From assembly GCA_015523565.1 (NCBI GenBank), contig WAKA01000067.1, positions 1 to 12,074 on the forward strand: a stretch of DNA of 12,074 nucleotides, in the 5' to 3' direction. The notes below the pieces were generated by a model, which saw only the letters and a program-made list of their open reading frames with translations, had not been told where the DNA came from and made no database searches. This DNA comes from Candidatus Heimdallarchaeota archaeon (lineage in GTDB: Archaea; Asgardarchaeota; Heimdallarchaeia; Heimdallarchaeales; Kariarchaeaceae). Position 1 is the first letter of the stretch; the number at the start of each line of letters is the position of its first letter. The translations under genes and the position numbers were made by a program. This document shows, piece by piece, positions 6,235-12,074 of this stretch.

Positions 6235-9062
6235 GGATTTTCCTTCCATGATGCAATATATGTTGGACACCTGCAAACACTACAGAGCACAAATTGGTCT
6301 TTTGATGGGGTTGCATCCGAAAGGGAATTGCCACAATTGACACAGGCAAAATAAAAATCTGGAAAAGTAACTGATGCTTGCTGATCCATTTGTATGAATT
6401 TCTCAATTACTTTTTCAAGAAGTTTATCTGCGACTGTCCTATCAACAGTGTCGATAGTGAGTTTTGCAATCATGAATGTGTCTGTCTTTATGTCCGAGTA
6501 TTCTGTAAGTATTGCTTTATTGTCAAAATTACCTCCCCACACTGTAGTCTCTATATTGTAGCCATCGAATTCCTGTTTTGAATTGAAGACAACGGGGACT
6601 TCTTTAAGAACTTCCTTTAATATGCCTGATGCATCATTTTCTGTATAATAGTTAATTGTAGCTGTTGTAGAGTGAATCCGTTTTGATTTCGCTTCAATCT
6701 TGAACTCGTCAACTAAGTTATCTGCACTTAATTGCCTCTTATTGATTGCCAAATTTGTTGCCGCAAGCTCATCAAGTTTTTGCATGTATTGTGAAATTGA
6801 TTTCTCTAATTTTCCGAAGTCATATTCCACAACATTCTCAAAGTATTCTTCATCATAAGCTCCTTTTACCACTCCCTTTTCTAGGCACATGTCAAAGAAA
6901 CGGGGCAAATCTTCCAATTCTAGGTTGATTTGAGAAGCTATTTTATCAATCTTGATTTTTGTCTGGTTTTTGACTAATTTCAAAAACTTTTCAACTCTCA
7001 TGATCATGGATTTTGCTATTTCATGTTCCTTACTATAAATGATGTAGCATGGAATGCCTTGGTCTGTTTCCAGTTCTGCTATTATCTCTCTAACCATGTT
7101 TATGTTATCTTGGGTTATGGGTATCTCAAAGTTCTCGAGAACGTCTTTAAGCAAATGGTCATTGCCTTTTGAAGCCTCATCAAGCAACCATGAAATGATT
7201 CTTGAAAACAAATGAGATTTCTCATAGATACCTTCATAGGTTACAACAATGTTTTTGCCTTGAATATGGTCGACAAGGAAGTTTCCAAGTTCTTCTCTGC
7301 GTCGTTTACTCAATTTCGCCCTTCTTTTCAGCAATGCCATGAAATCTTCATAGTTTACTTTCTTTTGTTTTTGAAATATGTTCAATGTTTCCATAATTGT
7401 GTCTTCTGTGAAATACAACAAAAGTTCCAATCCCTGAAAAACAAAAACACCGGATTCATAACTCAAATCAATAAATATTTCCTTAATCGCTGATTCAGGC
7501 ACATTATATCTTGTTTCAAATTCATTTTGGGAATAAATTCCTGGTCTCTTTGTAATTGTGTCATATATTTTCCTTCTAAGATAGGACGGTTTCATAAAAA
7601 TCTCTTGATCTTTTGTAAGAATATGCCCCCGGCTGACCAAATAACTGGCAATAGATGTCAATTCCACATCTGGAAGGAATTTCTTGAACTCGTTGAGTTT
7701 ACCCTTGTTTTTTCTGTCAAAATGTTTCTTATAGACTGGATAAATTAAATCAAAATCTCCAGTCTTTCCTTTTGCAATGCTGAATTGATCACTTCCACAA
7801 TTGGGACACAGTTGTTTTTCTCCCTTTTTGAATAGCATTTCTGTCCCACAATTTTCGCAAATCATATTGATGACACTGATTTCTGAGGTTTCCGCTAAAG
7901 ACAGTTCACTTATTTGGTCAATATGTGCCAAGGGGATTGTTTCAACAAATTTCGGATTGAGTGTGATACTTGCCTCTTCATCTTTTTCAATATTCATCAT
8001 GGCCCTGAATAAGTCAAGCACTTTGTTAACTGCCTTATCGTTTTTCAATGTCTCTGATGAATTAATCAGGTTCTCAAACTTCTGAAGAATGTCTGAATGC
8101 CGAATTTCAGATCTTTCAAGCCGGTTTGCAGATGTTTCAAATAATTCGTCCTTATTTATCCCATCTACCACTTCCTGCTGAAATAATATCTTTGTTGGTC
8201 GTTTTAATGACTGTTCATACAGATGATGAATTAGTAAATTATGTGCCAACTGTCTGAACCCTGCCCTCCAATTCCAGCTTAATATCCTTGCACCTGTTTT
8301 CATTTCAAACAGGTCATTGTTGTCCACATAGTCATAAATATCACAGACTTTACTTTTGTACTTTTCACAAAACGCAGGATGCTTTACAATTGTACATTTA
8401 AGACAGGTATCTGTGAAAACTCTTACCTTAAATTTATTTTTCAACCTCGATGGAATCTTAATGATTCCGTATTTTACCACAAGATTTGGTTCCAATATGG
8501 TGACATTTTCATCAATCAAGACATCTCCATAAATCAGGCTTCCATACATTGTCACATTTTTCAAGGCTGCTTTCCCTCTTTCATCTTTTGAAATCCCTGC
8601 CCTTACTTTTCCTCCGACCAATAGCATGTCTTTGGGACTAATGTTGAGTTTTGAAATGCCATAGATGTCCCCTCGTACGATCATATATCCACATTTAATT
8701 TCAACAGCTTCCCCAATAATATTACCAACAACGATTATTGCCCCTCCCTTATCTCCTGAAATAGTTATTTTCCCTTCTGAAGTTATGTCCCCTAATATTA
8801 CTGTTGGGTTTTCTTGGGTGCCTGAGTAAATTTCAATGGATTTCAATGAATACATATTGCCATTTACAAAACACCCTGATCCACACGTGATTTTGGAATT
8901 GGCGAACATATCGTTTCCCACTTTAGCATTGGCACCAACCTCTATTACATTAAAATTCACAATAGGGAAAATTCCCTTATACGTTTTATCCAATGAGATA
9001 TTCCCTTTAACCTCATCAACATGGGCTCCAGATTCGTTGTGCAGTTTTTCCTTGCTAAGCAT
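6231..9062 (-). CDS. Large multidomain protein: bactofilin-like beta-helix, Cys4 modules, tandem winged-helix/PCI-like region, C-terminal Zn ribbon
   Basis: Long ORF (946 aa from 9071; GGAGG at 9072-9076 favours ATG 9062). Repeating hxGxh...hxh units at aa ~40-205; Cys clusters C223-C243, C405-C425 and C910-C933; PCI-like segment at aa ~690-748. Residue numbers follow the 946-aa ORF. Domain calls are by eye. Confidence 0.7.
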   Translation of the reverse strand: MLSKEKLHNESGAHVDEVKGNISLDKTYKGIFPIVNFNVIEVGANAKVGNDMFANSKITCGSGCFVNGNMYSLKSIEIYSGTQENPTVILGDITSEGKITISGDKGGAIIVVGNIIGEAVEIKCGYMIVRGDIYGISKLNISPKDMLLVGGKVRAGISKDERGKAALKNVTMYGSLIYGDVLIDENVTILEPNLVVKYGIIKIPSRLKNKFKVRVFTDTCLKCTIVKHPAFCEKYKSKVCDIYDYVDNNDLFEMKTGARILSWNWRAGFRQLAHNLLIHHLYEQSLKRPTKILFQQEVVDGINKDELFETSANRLERSEIRHSDILQKFENLINSSETLKNDKAVNKVLDLFRAMMNIEKDEEASITLNPKFVETIPLAHIDQISELSLAETSEISVINMICENCGTEMLFKKGEKQLCPNCGSDQFSIAKGKTGDFDLIYPVYKKHFDRKNKGKLNEFKKFLPDVELTSIASYLVSRGHILTKDQEIFMKPSYLRRKIYDTITKRPGIYSQNEFETRYNVPESAIKEIFIDLSYESGVFVFQGLELLLYFTEDTIMETLNIFQKQKKVNYEDFMALLKRRAKLSKRRREELGNFLVDHIQGKNIVVTYEGIYEKSHLFSRIISWLLDEASKGNDHLLKDVLENFEIPITQDNINMVREIIAELETDQGIPCYIIYSKEHEIAKSMIMRVEKFLKLVKNQTKIKIDKIASQINLELEDLPRFFDMCLEKGVVKGAYDEEYFENVVEYDFGKLEKSISQYMQKLDELAATNLAINKRQLSADNLVDEFKIEAKSKRIHSTTATINYYTENDASGILKEVLKEVPVVFNSKQEFDGYNIETTVWGGNFDNKAILTEYSDIKTDTFMIAKLTIDTVDRTVADKLLEKVIEKFIQMDQQASVTFPDFYFACVNCGNSLSDATPSKDQFVLCSVCRCPTYIASWKENP

Positions 9063-10059
9063 TGAAACCATCCTCCAGATAGAATTTCTTGATTGCTGTC
9101 TTTCTTATCTTGTCTTTTTCAAGCATTGCAATCTCTTCTGCCAGTTTTTCATTTTCACTAGAAACCATGATATCATTTATCCTAATGAATTGCTGTATCT
9201 TTGGATCGTGAATATCTTTTACAATGGTGCTTGTTCGTTCCGCCAATGGCATGAGATTATTGATTTTTTCTGCCCTGCTTGGCAGGGTGTTTGTATCTGC
9301 AATTCCTAAGAAATTTAGCGTTTCAACCTCAAAAAGATTTACCTGTGGCGGAGATTTATAGTGTTTTTCTGCACCGTCAACCTTTTCATAGACAACAACA
9401 GGCACAGGCACTGTCAATATGAAAATATCTCCTTCCTTCAATTCCTGTGAAACTGGTAGCATTTGGTTGACATATAGGTCTTCAATTTTCTTGTAAAGCC
9501 TCTTGCGTTCATCTACAAAAGCTGACAGGTTTTCAGATCCCACCTTCAATATTTCTGTTGACTTTTCTGATCTAAACGAAAAGAGTGTTCTTGTTTCTTG
9601 AATTAACTCCCTTTCATCGTCTTGTGGATCTATTCTTTCAATGAAATCTTTTACCCTGTCCCTTCTTTTAATGATCCCTTTTAGTGATTCAAGTTCTGCA
9701 TGTATCATGTTCCCAAATTGTTTGATAGAATCCAATATTCCCTTGACAAAATCCCTTAGGATATCTGTTTTTGCACTTACCAATTTCAGTTCTGTTTCTC
9801 TCAGAACCTTGCTTTCTATTGCGGCAATTTCTTCAGCCTCAAGGAGGTCTGCCTCTGCATTGATGACACTCAATGCCTTTTGCACTTTTGTCTGTATTTC
9901 CACCGATTCATTTATTGTTCTCAGTCTTCTATCCAAGTTTTTCTCCATCTGCTCAATTGTTTTCTCAAGACCTTGAACCGCACGTTCCACTGCTTTTGTT
10001 GCGTTTTTTACATCTTTTGTGGCTTGAACCACATCTCTTATTGCACGCACTTCACTCAT
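9055..10059 (-). CDS. Uncharacterised coiled-coil protein
   Basis: 334-aa ORF with GGAGG at 10067-10071; heptad-rich helical N-terminal ~200 aa; stop overlaps the start of the next gene. Confidence 0.8.
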   Translation of the reverse strand: MSEVRAIRDVVQATKDVKNATKAVERAVQGLEKTIEQMEKNLDRRLRTINESVEIQTKVQKALSVINAEADLLEAEEIAAIESKVLRETELKLVSAKTDILRDFVKGILDSIKQFGNMIHAELESLKGIIKRRDRVKDFIERIDPQDDERELIQETRTLFSFRSEKSTEILKVGSENLSAFVDERKRLYKKIEDLYVNQMLPVSQELKEGDIFILTVPVPVVVYEKVDGAEKHYKSPPQVNLFEVETLNFLGIADTNTLPSRAEKINNLMPLAERTSTIVKDIHDPKIQQFIRINDIMVSSENEKLAEEIAMLEKDKIRKTAIKKFYLEDGFNA

Positions 10060-10071
10060 TTTTCAGCCTCC

Positions 10072-11706
10072 TCATAAGCTTTTCATCTCCCTAAGCTTCC
10101 TTTTCTCCTTTTCCAGCTTGGCATATGCTGAAACATATTGGCGTTTTGCATTGATCAGGGCCGTTTCCAACGGTGAAATTGAAGATTCCCGTTGTTGTTT
10201 TGTCGTCTTGAATGAATTGACATTTCTCACTATTACGTCTGATTTCTGTTCTATTTTTTGCAGATTCTCGAAAAACACTGTATTGTATGTAATTCCCAAC
10301 GGAAGCATTGAACGCGGCAATCCGATAGCCTCAGTTGTATTGCTGCATTTTTTGCAAACAAATTTGTCCCCTTTCTTCTTCATTCTTGGTAACTGGTCTT
10401 TTAATTGGACATAAACGTATTCTACTGGCAAGTCATGGATCAACGAGTTGACTGCCTCCTGAATTCTTGTCCGTTCTTGTGGAAATGCGTTGTATTTTTC
10501 TTTTATGTCATCAGACGTATTGGAATCATATGTGGTCATAAAAATTGGATCATCAATTACTCCCAATAAAATACGCTCTTTTACCCACTGCCTCAAATCC
10601 AAATCTATTTTCAGCGATTCAATTTTGTCACGGTATTCCTTTGTTTCCATGCATGGTTTACAGAAAAATATGTTATTGAATTCGAGATATGTCATCCTAT
10701 TACTGGGGATGGTTAACTGTATCAGTTTTGAAATTCCCTCTAGAATATCATTCAAATTCTCTCCTGTTGTTGACACTATGTCTGAAACGATATCCGCAAA
10801 CTCAACAATATCCTGGCCCAGTACCTCTTCTTGCCATGAATCCAAACCTTCCACCCAATTTGTGATTTGACTTGGTGAAACTGCAAAATTTAAGCTATGT
10901 TGCTGCGAAAACGCGTCCAAGTCATTTTCCAATAATTTTTGTTCATGAAAGGAAATGTTTTCCTTATTGGAAATTAAACTAATTATATTTTCCACAATTG
11001 GAGAAACCCCTGTGATTGTAGGGACATTCAACCTATACCTTTTAAGATTTTTTTCTCCTGTTGCGTATATGAATGGATTTGCATCCACCTCGATTGGCTT
11101 TTCAATCAACTTTTCCTTGAAAATAGATCGGGAATACTGTGTTTGGTGGATGTTCCGGATTTGTTCTGAAGAATTGCTTGTTATCAGTCTTTCATAAGTG
11201 TTCACAGCGTTACCTAACCTTTTCAGGGAATTGAGCAGTGCATTATTGTCCACATAGCTGGGAAAGATGAACTCTTCCGTTTCCGATGCATTTCCATCAA
11301 TGAAAATTAACCCTCTTTTCATTTGCTTTACCAAAAATGGATAGTTAATGGTAGTTAATGTTGTAATTTTTCTCAACGGAAGAAGTGATGATTTCTTTTT
11401 ATGATAATATCCAAAAAAGGCAAGCGCAAATGCAATTCCTGTTAATGCAATCCATATCCAATAGTCAACTGCCCTTTCCAGCAATATTCCTACTAATAGC
11501 AATAAAATTCCAATTCCTACAGTTTGGAATTGTTTTTTTCTTAATTCTCTGTATCTCTCATAATATTCCTTGTTTGCCTTTTCAAGCGCATATCCATAGA
11601 GGTATTTTTTGCTTTCATGTTCGTTCAAGGCAACATAACTTCCTCCATGTATCTCATAAACTGCACTTTTCAACTGGATAAAGCCATCTATGTCGTTTTG
11701 TCCCAC
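10072..11706 (-). CDS. Uncharacterised 2-TM membrane protein with split CxxC...CxxC and C-terminal coiled coil
   Basis: 544-aa ORF with GTG start and GGAGG at 11714-11718; hydrophobic hairpin at aa ~63-101 flanked by basic residues; CKPC (349-352) and CKKC (451-454). Confidence 0.8.
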   Translation of the reverse strand: MGQNDIDGFIQLKSAVYEIHGGSYVALNEHESKKYLYGYALEKANKEYYERYRELRKKQFQTVGIGILLLLVGILLERAVDYWIWIALTGIAFALAFFGYYHKKKSSLLPLRKITTLTTINYPFLVKQMKRGLIFIDGNASETEEFIFPSYVDNNALLNSLKRLGNAVNTYERLITSNSSEQIRNIHQTQYSRSIFKEKLIEKPIEVDANPFIYATGEKNLKRYRLNVPTITGVSPIVENIISLISNKENISFHEQKLLENDLDAFSQQHSLNFAVSPSQITNWVEGLDSWQEEVLGQDIVEFADIVSDIVSTTGENLNDILEGISKLIQLTIPSNRMTYLEFNNIFFCKPCMETKEYRDKIESLKIDLDLRQWVKERILLGVIDDPIFMTTYDSNTSDDIKEKYNAFPQERTRIQEAVNSLIHDLPVEYVYVQLKDQLPRMKKKGDKFVCKKCSNTTEAIGLPRSMLPLGITYNTVFFENLQKIEQKSDVIVRNVNSFKTTKQQRESSISPLETALINAKRQYVSAYAKLEKEKRKLREMKSL

Positions 11707-11707
11707 C

Positions 11708-11965
11708 TCATCCCCTCCTAACTATTTTTTGGTTTCCAAGAGTGTAAATCCTGAACAATCTACTGTCTCGTTCCATCAATCTGTCTATCACTTGAGAAAC
11801 TTCCACAATGTCAAGACCATGATCTCTTGCAAATTTCCGCAAATCGATATACCCAAACTCTTCCAATACTCTTTTCATCTGGTGATCCCAGTCTTTCTCA
11901 TTTTCAAAAATTTCTTGCATTATTTCCTGAACTTCTTGAATTGTCTTGTCCTCTTGTAAAACCAT
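11708..11965 (-). CDS. Small winged-helix-like protein
   Basis: GYIDLRKFARDHGLDIVEVSQVIDRLMERD fits a strand-helix-turn-helix-wing pattern; stop lies 1 nt before the next GTG start. Confidence 0.65.
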   Translation of the reverse strand: MVLQEDKTIQEVQEIMQEIFENEKDWDHQMKRVLEEFGYIDLRKFARDHGLDIVEVSQVIDRLMERDSRLFRIYTLGNQKIVRRG

Positions 11966-11987
11966 GTGAAAAACATGAAATAGTTTT

Positions 11988-11995
11988 TATTTAAA
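11988..11995 (-). promoter_or_regulatory. Putative archaeal TATA box (TTTAAATA) for the four-gene operon
   Basis: Lies 23-30 nt upstream of ATG 11965 with no Shine-Dalgarno site in between, consistent with a leaderless first gene. The region is AT-rich, so a chance match is possible. Confidence 0.5.
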
Positions 11996-12074
11996 ACTTA
12001 TTGGGTTGTTGTTGACAAATGGATTAAAATTAATTGCATATCTGTTATTTTGTTTATTAATATTTGATTACTAT

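Noticed and set aside
8457-8954. Hexapeptide acyltransferase or gamma-carbonic anhydrase interpretation of the beta-repeat
   Set aside because: The repeat is dominated by hxGxh rungs of irregular ~18-23-aa length rather than strict hexapeptides, and no catalytic His pattern is present.
5920-11959. Many 60-157-aa ORFs overlapping the carbonic anhydrase and the four-gene operon (e.g. 8836..9309, 9641..9976, 10490..10870, 11690..11959)
   Set aside because: Mostly Phe/Ser/Ile-rich antisense mirrors of the Lys/Glu-rich real genes; no independent coding evidence.
6231-11965. Reading the operon as an SMC/Wadjet-like, dynamin or ESCRT/Cdv system
   Set aside because: No P-loop ATPase/GTPase, nuclease or recognisable Snf7/Vps4 signature was found in any of the four proteins by eye.
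1-12074. CRISPR arrays, tRNA/rRNA genes, IS elements or long tandem repeats
   Set aside because: Intergenic gaps are all under ~150 bp, and no repeat-spacer pattern, cloverleaf, transposase or integrase motif was seen by eye.

Overview
AT-rich, gene-dense window that looks archaeal: TATA-like boxes lie ~25 nt before some first genes, GGAGG sites precede internal genes, and it encodes a DUF1614 protein and a PCI-like winged helix. An Asgard-type origin is plausible but is inference only. Left to right: a partial GT-C/GT87-type glycosyltransferase missing from the ORF track, a ComB-like phosphatase, a MobA-like NTP transferase, a feoA-feoB-feoC operon with two palindromic operator-like sites in its promoter, a DUF1614 membrane protein and an N-terminally trimmed alpha-carbonic anhydrase. 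The right half is a tightly coupled four-gene operon on the minus strand with no recognisable enzyme: a small winged-helix protein, a 2-TM protein with split Zn ligands and a coiled coil, a long coiled-coil protein, and a ~943-aa protein with a bactofilin-like beta-helix, Zn modules and tandem wH/PCI-like repeats. This operon is the best candidate for an undescribed system, possibly a membrane-anchored cytoskeletal or scaffold complex. No RNA genes, CRISPR arrays or mobile elements were seen.
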